Positions 50,286 to 60,978 of a DNA stretch of 64,000 bases are shown here, one piece after another. The position numbers and the translations under genes were made by a program. Under the pieces are notes generated by a model. That model saw only the letters and a list, made by a program, of their open reading frames with translations, did not search any database and was not told the DNA's origin. Numbering within the stretch: position 1 is the first letter of the stretch; each line of letters starts with the position of its first letter. The DNA is from an uncultured Candidatus Rokubacteria bacterium (GTDB taxonomy: Bacteria > Methylomirabilota > Methylomirabilia > Rokubacteriales > CSP1-6), in NCBI GenBank assembly GCA_963789955.1, contig CAWBMV010000013.1, forward strand, positions 1 to 64,000. The letters run 5' to 3'.

Positions 50286-52995
50286 ATGCGCGTGGCCATT
50301 CTGCCGTCGGGCGCGCTGCTGGCGGACGCGCCGCGCGTCGGCGACGAGGCCGGCGACGGCCTCTCCGCAGTGGCCCGCACCCGCCTCGCCCGCGCCTTCG
50401 CGCGTGGGCCCGGGCACGCACTGCTCGACCTGGGTTCGACCGAGCTCGACGCACCGCTCGCCCCCCCGCTCGCATTCCTGCGCGACCTCGGCCGCGCGTT
50501 CGTGACGCGGCTCTGCGCCCTGCCCGACCTCGAGGAGCACCGTGACCGAATCGAGGTTGACTGCCCCGCTGACGAGCGTGAGCGGCTGGCCGGCAACGTC
50601 CCACCCGATGGACGGCAGCGAGTACGTCGACTCCGACTGGATCGCGGCGCGCTGGGCCGACCTCAACCGCGCGTTCGCCGACGAGATCAGCGCGCATCGC
50701 GGCTCGGTCGGTGGCTGGCTGAGCACGCGACATCCCTCGTGGCACGTCGTCGGCAAGGTATGCCTGCACCTGGCCGAGAATCGCGCAGACGAGGAGCATC
50801 CGTTCGCGTTCCTCGCGACCTACGCGGCGCGCGCCGGCGCGGGCGGCAAGGTGCAGCATCGGCCACTGGCGCGTGCGCTCGAGGAGTCGTCTGCACGCGG
50901 CGACCGGCAGGGACTGCTCCATCTGCTCGTGCCCCTCCAGCGCGCGGCGGAGCAGATCGAATGGCTGGCCGAGCTGATCGACTCAGGCGAAGTCTACCAG
51001 GCGACGGCCTGGACTCCCGCCCAGGCCCACCGCTTCCTGAACGCCATCCCGGCCTTCGAGGCGGCCGGGCTGGTCGTGCGCGTCCCCGATTGGTGGCGCG
51101 CCCGCCGCCCGCCACGACCCGAGGTTGCCGTCCGGGTGGGCGAGAAGAAGCCAAGCGCGGTCGGCATGGACGCGCTGCTCGACTTCTCGGTCGCCGTCGC
51201 GCTGGGCGGAGAGAAGCTGACGAGCGCCGAGGTGCGTCAGCTCCTCGCGTCGTCGGGCGGGCTGGTGCGCCTGCGCGGTCAGTGGATCGAGCTGGACCGC
51301 GAGCGGCTGCGCGAGGTGCTTTCCCACTGGGAGCGGGTGCGGCGTGAGGCCGAGAAGGGTGGGCTGTCGTTCCTCGAGGGCATGCGACTGCTCGCCGGCA
51401 CCCCGCGAAGCGAGGACGATGCCGCGGCGCTCGCGACGGGCGAGGGCTGGTCGCGCGTCGAGGCCGGCGCCTGGCTCGCGCGTACGCTCGAGGGGCTGCG
51501 AGGGCCGACGGGGCTCGCGGCGACCGATCCGGGCGCGGACCTTCGCGGCACGCTGCGGCCCTATCAGAGGGTAGGCGTAGCGTGGCTCGCGTTCGCCTCG
51601 TCGCTGCGGCTCGGCGTCTGCCTGGCGGACGATATGGGACTCGGCAAGACCATCCAGGTGCTCGGCCTCCTGCTCCTGCACAAACAGCGCGAGCGCTCCG
51701 GCGGGCCGCCGCATCTGCTCGTGGCGCCAGCATCGCTCCTCGCCAACTGGCAGGCCGAGATCGACCGCTTCGGGCCGTCGCTGACGACGCTCGTCGCACA
51801 CCCATCCGCCATGGCCGCGCGCGAGCTGGCCGAGCTAGCCAGCGCCGATCTCGGCTCCACCGATCTTGTCATCACCACCTACGGGACGCTGGCGCGCGTC
51901 GAGGCGCTGCGGGCGCGTGAATGGTCACTGGCGATCCTCGACGAAGCGCAGGCGATCAAGAACCCCGGAGCGCGCCAGACGCAGGCGGCCAAAGCGTTGA
52001 AGGCGCGCAGCCGCATCGCGCTGACCGGCACGCCCGTCGAGAATCGCCTGGGAGATCTGTGGTCGATCTACGACTTCCTCGACCCCGGCCTGCTGGGCTC
52101 GGCGCGCGAGTTCTCGGCGTTCGCCAAGCGGCTGGCCGACCGGCCGGACGAAGGCTACGCGCCACTGCGCCGCCTCATCCAGCCCTACCTGCTGCGCCGG
52201 CTCAAGACCGACCGCTCCGTCGTGGCCGACCTGCCAGACAAGACCGAGGTGAAGGCGTTCTGCCTTCTCTCGGGCCAGCAGGTCGCGCTCTACCAGAAGA
52301 CGGTCGATGAGCTCGAGCGTTCGATCACGGGCCTCGCGCAAGGCATCGAGCGGCGGGGCCTGGTGCTGGCCTATCTGATGCGCTTCAAGCAGATCTGCAA
52401 TCACCCCTCGCACTGGCTGGGCGAAAGTACCTGGGACGAGGCGGGGAGCGGTAAGCTCGCGCGGCTGCGCGAGATCGTCGAGGCGGTGGCGGCGAAGCAC
52501 GAAAAGGTCCTGGTGTTCACGCAATTCCGCGAGGCCACGGAGCCACTGGCCGCGTTCCTGACGGGTTTGTTCGGCCGGCCCGGGCTCGTGCTCCATGGCA
52601 GCACGCCGGTCAGGGCCCGTGGCGCGCTCGTGCGACGTTTCCAGGAGGATGCGACCGTGCCGTTCTTCGTGCTGTCCCTGAAGGCGGGCGGCAGCGGCCT
52701 GAACCTCACCGAGGCCTCCCACGTCGTGCACTTCGACCGGTGGTGGAACCCCGCCGTCGAGGACCAAGCGACCGACCGTGCCTACCGAATCGGCCAGCAC
52801 AGGAACGTGCTGGTGCACAAGCTCGTGTGCCGCGGGACCATCGAGGAGCGCATCGACAAGCTCCTCGAGGACAAGCAGGCCCTGGTGCGCGGCGTACTCC
52901 AGGGTGGCGGCGAGACGCTGCTGACCGAGATGAGCGACGCAGAGCTGATGACCATGGTCACGCTCGACCTCCGCCGGGCCACGGCCGAGCTCTGA
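50286..52995 (+). CDS. SNF2-family helicase/ATPase; frameshift near 50605
   Basis: LRPYQ, LADDMGLGKT, DEAQAIKN, TGTPVEN, SLKAGGSGLNL, WWNPAVEDQATDRAYRIGQ. Confidence 0.93.
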
Positions 52996-53010
52996 GCGAA
53001 AGGAGGCGCG

Positions 53011-53819
53011 ATGGCGTGGTACGGCGGATGGGACTACTACCCGCCTTACGTGTCGGTGGGCGAAAAGAGGGCGCACGGCATGCTGGCGCTGACGAAGCTG
53101 TTAAGCAAGAGCAAGCGGAAGGCCGAGCCGGTCGCGATTGCGGGACGGAAGCGACTGCTCGCCGACCACGTTCTGGGGCAAGGCGTGGTGCGCCAACCTC
53201 GAGGGCTACGCCGACTTTGCCAACCGTTTGCCGCGCGGCCGCACCTATCTGCGGAACGGCTCGGTGCTGGACCTGGCGATCGCCGAGGGCCGGATCGAGG
53301 CGTACGTGGCCGGCAGCGATCTCTACCGGGTGACGATCGGCATCGCCGCTCTCGCGAAGACCGCGTTGGCGCCGTGTCATCGCTCGCTGCATTGGCCGGA
53401 TCGGCTCGCTCGTCGGCTTGCTGCGCGGTGAGCTGTCCGACGACCTGCTGGCCGCGCTGACGGACCCGAAGGACGGGCTTTTTCCTGAGCCGCGCGAAAT
53501 GACGTTCGACTGCTCATGCCCAGACTGGGCGGGCCTCTGCAAGCACGTCGCCGCGGTCCTCTACGGCGTGGGCATCCGTCTCGACGCCAAACCGGAGCTA
53601 TTCTTCGTGCTACGCCGGGTTGACCAGGGCGAGCTGCTCAGTTCGGCCACCGCCGGCACCGTATCGCGCGGGCGCCCGGCCGCGGGCAAGCGCATCGCCG
53701 ACGACCGGCTGTCCGCAGTATTCGGGATCGAGCTCGAGGACGCCGCGCCGGCGGGCACGCGGCGCCCGTCACGCCGGCGCACGCCGAGTCCATCCCGCGT
53801 CTCCAAACGGCGACGTTGA
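53011..53819 (+). CDS. SWIM zinc-finger protein; frameshifted
   Basis: FWGKAWC, NRLPRGRTY, GLFP, CSCPDWAGLCKH. AAAGGAGG RBS. Directly after the SNF2 gene. Confidence 0.88.
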
Positions 53820-53854
53820 GCCCTGATCGCGGTTGCCGTATCGTGGCGACAGAC

Positions 53855-53990
53855 ATGAAGGCGCCACCTCTTCCTCTGTGGCGAATGACGCGCGGCCGAT
53901 ACGACCGGCTCGTCGACGTCGGCATCTTCGGCCCGGAGGACCGGGTCGAGCTGCTCGATGGGTTGCTCGTCGCCGGCGAGCCACGAACGC
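53855..53990 (+). pseudogene. Truncated Uma2-family gene (N-terminal ~43 aa)
   Basis: RMTRGRYDRLVDVGIFGPEDRVELLDGLLVAGEP resembles the N-terminus of the Uma2 at 30575, then similarity stops. Confidence 0.7.
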
Positions 53991-54072
53991 CGTCGTCACG
54001 CCCTCGCCGCGCCCCCGAGCCCGCATCCGCGTGGCCGCCCTGCTGCCGTAGGTCGGAACCGCTTGATGACGG

Positions 54073-55392
54073 CTACCAGGGCAGGATCGCGGGCTCGTAC
54101 TGCTCGATTCGCTCCTTGATCGCCATCAACGGCTCGATGCCGTAGAGCTTTCGGGCGTTCTCGCCCATCAGCTTTCGCTGCGCCTGGGCGGGCACGCCGA
54201 CCTCCGCCATATGATGCAGGCCCTCCCAGGCGTCTTCGGCGTCGTGGTGGGGATAGTCCGACGACCAGATCGCGACGTCCTGGAACACGTCCCACAGCCG
54301 ATAGACCAGGGTCTCGTCCGACTCGAAGCCGATGTAGCAGCGCTCGTTGAAGACCTCGACGGGATCGCGGATGAGCCGGTTGTCGCGCTGGAACGCGAAC
54401 AGGTTCGAGAAGTTCGAGCTGCGCGCCAGGATCAGCGGCAGCCACGACGCGTTCGACTCGAGCACCGCGGCCTTGAGCTTCGGGAACTTCTCGAGCCAGC
54501 CCGTTTGCACCACCACCGTGACCCACGTCATCGCTTCCATCAAGAAGCCTAGAGTCTCGGAGGCGTCGATGGCCGGGTCCATCGCCGCCGTGATGTTCGA
54601 CACGAACTGACCGGGCGAGTAGACGACCGCCTCGTCGGTGAACAGGAGCCCCTGCCCGGAGTGCCCGCGCGCCTGGGCCATGCGCTGACCCCATTCCGGC
54701 GTGAGCGCTTCGCGCGAGGGAAACGTGTGCATGGCCAGCACGACGCCCGTGGCCTCGAACTCGCGCCAGAGCGGATCGAACTCGGGCAACGTGGGATAGC
54801 GGCCGTTCCAGAAGCACGGCCGCACCGCGGCCGCCTTGAAGCCGAGCGCCGCGACGCGCTTGAGCTCGGCGATCGACGCCTCGACGCTCTGCAGCGGCAG
54901 CACCGCGCAGGGAAACAGCCGCCGGCGGTCGGCGGCGCAGTAGTCGAGCACCCAGTCGTTGTAGGCGCGGGCCAGCACCGTCGCCGCCTCGGGGCTTCGC
55001 ACGAGCGCCAGCCGGACGAACCACGTCGGGAACAGCATCACCTGATCGGTGCCGAGCGCGTCCATGTCGCTGAGCCGCGCGCGCGGGTCGCGACAGCCCA
55101 GGAGCCGGCCGAACTTTTCCTGCCAGGCGGCGGTGCCGGGGGTGAGCTTGCCGACTTCCTTCTTGTCCCAGCGCGCCCAGCCCACCTCGGCCGCGTTCGA
55201 GCGCTCGCGGGCCGCCGGCACGACCCGCCCGTTGATGTAGAGCAGGTCGCTGTCGGTGTGGAAGCAGAACTGCGTCTTGATCCACGCGCGGCTGGCGGCC
55301 GGCACGTACTCGTCCCAGACGGCCGGCGGCTCCACGACGTGGCTGTCGCAGTCGAACACCGGAAAGTCCTTGCGGATGCTGGTGGCTGTCAT
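54073..55392 (-). CDS. Amidohydrolase family protein (Amidohydro_2)
   Basis: FDCDSHVVEP, RAYNDW, FDPLW, LESNASW, WSSDYPHHD. Confidence 0.88.
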   Translation of the reverse strand: MTATSIRKDFPVFDCDSHVVEPPAVWDEYVPAASRAWIKTQFCFHTDSDLLYINGRVVPAARERSNAAEVGWARWDKKEVGKLTPGTAAWQEKFGRLLGCRDPRARLSDMDALGTDQVMLFPTWFVRLALVRSPEAATVLARAYNDWVLDYCAADRRRLFPCAVLPLQSVEASIAELKRVAALGFKAAAVRPCFWNGRYPTLPEFDPLWREFEATGVVLAMHTFPSREALTPEWGQRMAQARGHSGQGLLFTDEAVVYSPGQFVSNITAAMDPAIDASETLGFLMEAMTWVTVVVQTGWLEKFPKLKAAVLESNASWLPLILARSSNFSNLFAFQRDNRLIRDPVEVFNERCYIGFESDETLVYRLWDVFQDVAIWSSDYPHHDAEDAWEGLHHMAEVGVPAQAQRKLMGENARKLYGIEPLMAIKERIEQYEPAILPW

Positions 55393-55427
55393 ACGGATGA
55401 AGTAGCCTATTGTCGGGAACGCTGTCA

Positions 55428-56199
55428 ATGACACCTCCGCTCGCGTCGGGGCTCGAACGCTTCTCGCTCGCCGGGCGCGTCGCGCTGGTCACCGGCGCGA
55501 CCCGCGGGCTCGGACTCGAGATCGCGCGCGGCCTGGCCGCGGCGGGCGCGATCGTCGGGATCAACGGCCGCGACCCGCGGCGGGCCGACGAGGTCGCCAA
55601 GACCATCCCCGACGCCTTCGCGGCGGCGTTCGACGTCACCGATCTGCCGGCCGCGACGGACGCCATCGACAGTATCGTCGCGAGCCACGGCCGCCTCGAT
55701 TGCCTCGTCAACAACGCGGCGGTGCGCGATCGGCGGCCGCTGCAGGAGATCACGCGCCGACGACTTCCGCCGTCTGATCGAGACCAACCTGGTCGCGCAG
55801 TACGAGCTGTCCCGCGTCGCCGCGCGACACATGACCGCGCGGGGTCAGGGACGGCTCGTGTTCATCAGCTCGATGGTCGGGCCGCAGTCGTTCCGGGGCG
55901 ATCCGGCCTACGTCGCCTCGAAGGGCGGGCTCGAGGCGCTGATGCGCGCGCTCGCGGTCGAGCTCGGCGACAAGGGCATCGCCGCCAACGCGATCGCGCC
56001 CGGATTCTTCGCGACGGAGGGCAACGCGCCGTTCTTCGCCAAGCCGCACATCGCCGAGCTGGCGCGCCGCATCCCGCTGCGACGCTTCGGCCGGCCCGAC
56101 GAGCTCGTCGGCGCCGCGATCTTTCTCGCGTCCGACGCCGCGTCGTACATCACCGGCCAGGTGCTGACGGTCGACGCGGGACTCTCGGTGGCACTCTAG
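55428..56199 (+). CDS. Short-chain dehydrogenase/reductase (gluconate 5-dehydrogenase-like); frameshift near 55755
   Basis: TGATRGLG, VNNA, YVASKGG, NAIAPG, YITGQVLTVD. Confidence 0.9.
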
Positions 56200-56211
56200 A
56201 AAGGGACGAAC

Positions 56212-57093
56212 ATGAAGATCCGAATCGGCGTGGGAATCGGCGGTACCTCGGCATCGACCGGCGCGCTGACCGAGCTGGTCAGCGGCCTCGACGACATGGG
56301 GTTCGACTCGCTCTGGCTCTCGGAGGTGCTGACGGGCCAGGTCTTCGATCCGGTCGTCGGTCTCTCGTGGGCCGCGGCCAGCAACCCGCGGCTCAAGATC
56401 GGCACCACGATGCTCTTGCCCGGGCGCAATGTGCTGCGCCTCGCCAAGCAGCTCGCGAGCCTGGACGTGCTGTCCAACGGACGGCTGCTGGTGACCCTGG
56501 TGCCCGGGCTGACGTACGCGCCCGAGCGCGAGGCCATCGGCCTCGAGCCCAAGCGCCGCGGCGCGTTCATCGACGAGGCGCTGCCGCTCCTGCGGCGCCT
56601 CTGGGCCGGCGAGACGGTGAGCTACGAGGGTATCGCCGGCAATTTCCGTGACGTGAAGCTCTGGCCCCTCCCTGTCCAGCAGCCGCTGGAAATCTGGCTC
56701 GGCGGCACGGTCCCGGCGGCGCTCGAGCGCTGCGGACGGCTCTCGGACGGCTGGCTGCCGTCCCAGTGCACGCCCGAAGAAGCCGCGGAGGGACGCAAGG
56801 TGATCGAGGACGCCGCGGCGAGGGCGGGGCGCTCGATCAGCTCCGAGCACTTCGGCATGAGCCTCGGCTACGCGCGCGATCCGATCGACCCGCAGATGGC
56901 CCGGGTGATGACGGCGCGGCGGCCGCGGTCGGTCGAGCTCACGCCGGTCGGCTTCCCGGCCTTGCGCGCCGTGATCGAGCGATTCATCGCGGTCGGCTTC
57001 TCGAAGTTCGTCGTCCGCCCGGTGGTCGCGCCGAAATCGTGGCGGCCCGAGCTCGAGGCCCTCTCCGCGGCGGTGGGCGATCTGCAGACCTGA
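56212..57093 (+). CDS. LLM class flavin- or F420-dependent oxidoreductase
   Basis: GFDSLWLSE, LAKQLASLDVLSNGR, IWLGG, DGWLP. Confidence 0.88.
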   Translation: MKIRIGVGIGGTSASTGALTELVSGLDDMGFDSLWLSEVLTGQVFDPVVGLSWAAASNPRLKIGTTMLLPGRNVLRLAKQLASLDVLSNGRLLVTLVPGLTYAPEREAIGLEPKRRGAFIDEALPLLRRLWAGETVSYEGIAGNFRDVKLWPLPVQQPLEIWLGGTVPAALERCGRLSDGWLPSQCTPEEAAEGRKVIEDAAARAGRSISSEHFGMSLGYARDPIDPQMARVMTARRPRSVELTPVGFPALRAVIERFIAVGFSKFVVRPVVAPKSWRPELEALSAAVGDLQT

Positions 57094-57259
57094 CGCGGTC
57101 TGGTTGTCGAGTTCTCCCGGCCTTTCGTCTGGATCGGCGTCCTGCTGTTCCTGATCTCGGATTCGCCGATCGCGGCCGGGCGCTTCAGGTTGACGGTACC
57201 GCTCATCGGCCTGCTGATCTGGCCGATCGGACGCGCGCTACGGGAGACACGCTCCGCGG

Positions 57260-58126
57260 CTAGCTTGACGGCGCGCTCGTGCAGCGTCGGCGCGCCGCAT
57301 CGTCGCGCCCAGTCCGAGAACTCGGCGCGAGGCCCGTTCCAGCGGAGCGCGTCGACGTCGACGCCGAGCGGCGCGTCGAGGCGCAAGCGTCGCCAGCCGC
57401 CGGAACAGCAGCGCGCGCTCCCACTGCTCGACGAGCGTCGCGGCCAGCCGCTCGGTTCCGCGCATCGAGACGATCCCACCGCGCGGCCTGCTTGGGGATG
57501 TCCTCGAGGTGCCGGTACCGGGCCAGCACCGTCGCGGCCGAGCGGGCGCCCCAGCCGGGCAGGCCGGGGAAGCCGTCGGCCTTGTCGCCGACGAGCGCGA
57601 GCCAGTCGGGGATCGATCCGGGCGCGACGCCGAACTTCTGCTGGACGCCCGACTCGTTGCGCATCTCGCGCGAGCGGCGGTCGAGCTGAACGACCCGGTC
57701 GCCGCGCACGCACTGAGCCAGATCCTTGTCCGGGGTGCACACGATCACCTGCTCGACGCGCGGATCGGCGGCGGCCATCGACGCCGCGGCGGCGAGGGCA
57801 TCGTCGGCCTCGAACTCGACCATGGCCCAGACCACGACGCCGAGCGCGCGCAACGCCTCCTCCAGCGGCTCGAACTGACCGTAGAGCACGGGATCGATCC
57901 CCTCGCCGGTCTTGTAGCCCGGCCAGAGCCCGTTGCGAAACGACTCGATGACGTGATCGGTGGCGACGCCGAGGTGCGTCGCGCCGCCCTCGAGCATCCC
58001 CAGCATCGAGGTGACGACGCCGCGTACCGCCCGCAGCTCTTCCGGCACGGTTCGCTCGAATGCGGCCGCCGGTGACATGAAGTAGCGGAAGAGCTCGTAC
58101 GTGCCGTCGACCAGGTGGACGATCAC
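57260..58126 (-). CDS. Stand-alone 5'-3' exonuclease/flap endonuclease (Xni-like); frameshifted near the C-terminus
   Basis: LVDGTYELFR, FRN..YK, EADD, DKDLAQ, LALVGDKADG.PG.PGWG (H3TH). Confidence 0.9.
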   Translation of the reverse strand: MIVHLVDGTYELFRYFMSPAAAFERTVPEELRAVRGVVTSMLGMLEGGATHLGVATDHVIESFRNGLWPGYKTGEGIDPVLYGQFEPLEEALRALGVVVWAMVEFEADDALAAAASMAAADPRVEQVIVCTPDKDLAQCVRGDRVVQLDRRSREMRNESGVQQKFGVAPGSIPDWLALVGDKADGFPGLPGWGARSAATVLARYRHLEDIPKQAARWDRLDARNRAAGRDARRAVGARAAVPAAGDACASTRRSASTSTRSAGTGLAPSSRTGRDDAARRRCTSAPSS

Positions 58127-58607
58127 GCCTGAACGAGCCCCGCCAGCACGCGCAGCCGCTCGCCCGCGACGCCCATGATGTTCGCCTCGCCGCCGATGGC
58201 GCCGAGGCGTTTGTAGAACTCGAGCGCGCCCGCGTTGGCGGTGTGCACGCTCCAGTCGAGCGATCGCGCCGCCCAGCCGCACCGTCTCGGCCGCGACGGC
58301 CGCCATCAAGGCGTGACCGACGCCCTGGCCGCGGGCGGCGGGCGTCACGAAGATGTCGTGGAGCCACATCGATCGCGCCGCGAGATCGGTGTTGTAGCCG
58401 AGCGTGAAGAAGACGTACCCCACCACGGCGCCGTCGAGCTCGGCCACCAGTGGCGTGAATGCCGCCTGGGCGCCGAAGCCGTCGGCTCGGACGCGCTCGG
58501 CGGTGAACGGCCGACCGTAGATGCCGACGTGCGTCGTTCAGGTCGTTGGCCATGTCGCCAGGATCGCCGACTCGTCCGGGCGTCCCGGACGCACCCGAAC
58601 CGCTCAC
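58123..58607 (-). CDS. GNAT family acetyltransferase; frameshifted
   Basis: VRPGRPDE, VAELDGAVVGY, LHDIFVTPAARGQGVG, ALEFYKRLG. Confidence 0.8.
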
Positions 58608-59038
58608 GAGCGCGCGGCGTCGCTCGACAGATGCCCGTGAGCCGTCTCGGACTGGGTCGGCAGGAGCGAGAAGTGGCTGTGAACGGCGAGCCATTTGCCG
58701 CCGCGGCGCTCAAGCACGAAGGTGCCGCGCCCCGGACGCGTGACCGGACGGCCGTCGGGCCCGGTGACTTCGGTCAGCCAGCCGCCGGCGATCCAGGCGC
58801 TGTCGTCCGAGGCTTGGACCTGAGCATCCGGCTCGAAGTGGAAATCGCGGATGCGCGGCCACACGTTCTGCCACTGCTCGCGCACGATGTTGTCGAGGCC
58901 GGCCACGGCGCGCGCCCAGGTACCGAAGGCCATCGCGTCGGGGGCGAACAGCTCTCGGCCGCCGGTGAAGTCGCGGGCGCGGACGGCAGCCTCGAAGGTA
59001 CGCAGCCACTCCTGGGGTGTCGCGGCTGAAGGAGCCAT
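58604..59038 (-). CDS. SnoaL/NTF2-like protein
   Basis: GRGTFVLERRGGKWLAVHSHFS C-terminus. Confidence 0.8.
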   Translation of the reverse strand: MAPSAATPQEWLRTFEAAVRARDFTGGRELFAPDAMAFGTWARAVAGLDNIVREQWQNVWPRIRDFHFEPDAQVQASDDSAWIAGGWLTEVTGPDGRPVTRPGRGTFVLERRGGKWLAVHSHFSLLPTQSETAHGHLSSDAARS

Positions 59039-59077
59039 GGCGGCATTATGCACCGAGATTGTGGCATGCTGCTGGGC

Positions 59078-59803
59078 ATGCCCCCGTCAAGACGGCCCCT
59101 TCGAGTGCTGCACACCGCCGACGTCCATCTCGAGAGCGACGGCTATGGTGACGCTCGCCAGCAGGCGGCGCACCGCGAGCGCGAACGGCGCATGTTCCGG
59201 AGCATCATCGATCGCGCGATGAGCGATCAGGTCGATCTCGTGCTGATCGCCGGTGATCTGTTCGATCACAACCGCGTGACCGACGAGGCCGTCGAGTTCG
59301 TGCGCGGCGAGCTCGCGCGGCTGCGCCGGCCCGTCGTCATCATGCCCGGCAACCACGACGTGCTCCAGTCGAACGCGATCTACGATCGGCACGACTTCAC
59401 CGCCGGCGCGAGCCACGTTCATCTGATCCGCCGGCTCGACGGCGAGACCGTCGATTTGCCCGAGCTGGACGCGATCGTCTGGGGTCGCGCGATGGAGGAA
59501 CACGAGCCCGGCTTCCAGCCGCTCGCCAACATTCCCGGTCGCGACACGCGGCGCTGGTGCCTGGGCATGGGCCACGGCTTCTTCTATCCGGATCGCCAGC
59601 GACCGGATCGGTCCTCGCCGATATTCGCCGACGAGATTCGGGACACGGGCTGGGACTACCTCGCGCTCGGCCACCAGCACGTCCAGACCAACGTCAGCCA
59701 GGGCGACGTGACCGCCTACTACGCGGGAGCGCCGGGCACGGTCCTGCGCATCGACTTCTCGATCGAGGACGGGATTCGCGTGGAGCCTCGACCGCTCGAG
59801 TAA
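59078..59803 (+). CDS. Metallophosphoesterase (Mre11/SbcD-like nuclease domain)
   Basis: HTADVHL, AGDLFD, PGNHD, GHG, DYLALGHQH. Confidence 0.87.
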   Translation: MPPSRRPLRVLHTADVHLESDGYGDARQQAAHRERERRMFRSIIDRAMSDQVDLVLIAGDLFDHNRVTDEAVEFVRGELARLRRPVVIMPGNHDVLQSNAIYDRHDFTAGASHVHLIRRLDGETVDLPELDAIVWGRAMEEHEPGFQPLANIPGRDTRRWCLGMGHGFFYPDRQRPDRSSPIFADEIRDTGWDYLALGHQHVQTNVSQGDVTAYYAGAPGTVLRIDFSIEDGIRVEPRPLE

Positions 59804-59818
59804 AGAAAGGACACCTCG

Positions 59819-60914
59819 ATGGCCGTCGAAGTCGCGAAGGTCGAGCTCAAGAGCGTGCAGGACGCGTCAGGTCTCGAGGAGCGCATCCTCGCCGGCCAGT
59901 TCACCGCCGACCAGGTCGTCGCGGTCGTGGGCAAGACCGAGGGCAACGGCGGGGTCAACGACTTCACCCGTCTCCTCGCCGACCTCGCGTTCCGGCGCGT
60001 GCTGATGAAGCACGGCAAGCGCAGCGAGGCCGACGTCGCGACGATCCCGATGGTGTGGTCCGGCGGGTGCGACGGCGTCATCACGCCGCACGCCACCGTG
60101 TTCGCGCGGAACGACCGGAAGGGCACGCCGGACAAGGCGCGCCTCGTGATCGGCGCCGCCATGAGCGCCGAGCTCCAGCCCGAGGACATCGGCCGGCCGC
60201 GCATGGTCGAGATCGTCGCCGAGGGCGTGAAGATCGGCAATGAAGAATGCCGGAATCGACGATCCGAAGGACGTGCACTACGTCCAGACCAAGACGCCCC
60301 TGCTGACGATCGACTGGGTGGAGAACGCGAAGCGGCGGGGCAAGACCGTGGCCTGCGAGGTGCACGACTCGATGGGCGTGTCGAACGGCACGACGGGCCT
60401 CGGCATCGCGGTGGCGCTCGGCGAGCTCGCCATGCCGCGCGCGGAGCAGATCTGCAAGGATCTCGACCTCTACTCGTCGGTCGCGTCCTGCTCCTCCGGC
60501 GTCGAGCTGACGCGCGCGCAGATCATCCTGATGGGCAACAAGGCGGCGGCCGGCGGCCGCTACCGCATCGGCCACAGCGTGATGAAGGACGCGCTCGACA
60601 TCGACGGCATCTACGCCGCGATCCGCAACGCCGGGCTCGACCTGCCGGAACGGCCGCGCGCGGAGGACCTCAAGGGACGCCTCGTGAACTGCTTCATCAA
60701 GTCGGAAGCCGACCACCGCGCCAAGCTCCGCGGCCGGCGCCAGATCATGCTCGACGACTCCGACGTCCATCATCACCGCCACTCGAAGGCCGCCGTCGGC
60801 GGCGTGGCGGCGGCCGCGATCGGCGATCCCGCGGTGTTCGTCTCGGTCGACGCGATGCACCAGGGACCGCACGGCGGCGGCCCGGTCATCGCGATCGTCG
60901 ACGTCGGCGACTGA
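59819..60914 (+). CDS. Ring-opening amidohydrolase, barbiturase/cyanuric acid hydrolase (AtzD) family, barbiturase-like; frameshift near 60238
   Basis: [38 protein letters not shown]. Confidence 0.9.
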
Positions 60915-60978
60915 ACGGGATGAGGTGGCAGTTCGCGCTGCAGTCCGTCGCGGGGCTGGGGCCGCCGGCGAGGCGCGA

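Noticed and set aside
47286..51347. 1353-aa + strand ORF
   Set aside because: Mostly the antisense shadow of the minus-strand genes at 46914-50165. Only about 50286-50605 is real (the SNF2 N-terminus).
57260..58447. GNAT-exonuclease fusion suggested by the ORF track
   Set aside because: Caused by an indel in the GNAT gene; a GTGA start/stop overlap at 58123-58126 marks two genes.
59078..59803. SbcCD or Mre11-Rad50 system
   Set aside because: No SMC-like ATPase partner in the window; only the phosphoesterase domain is present.
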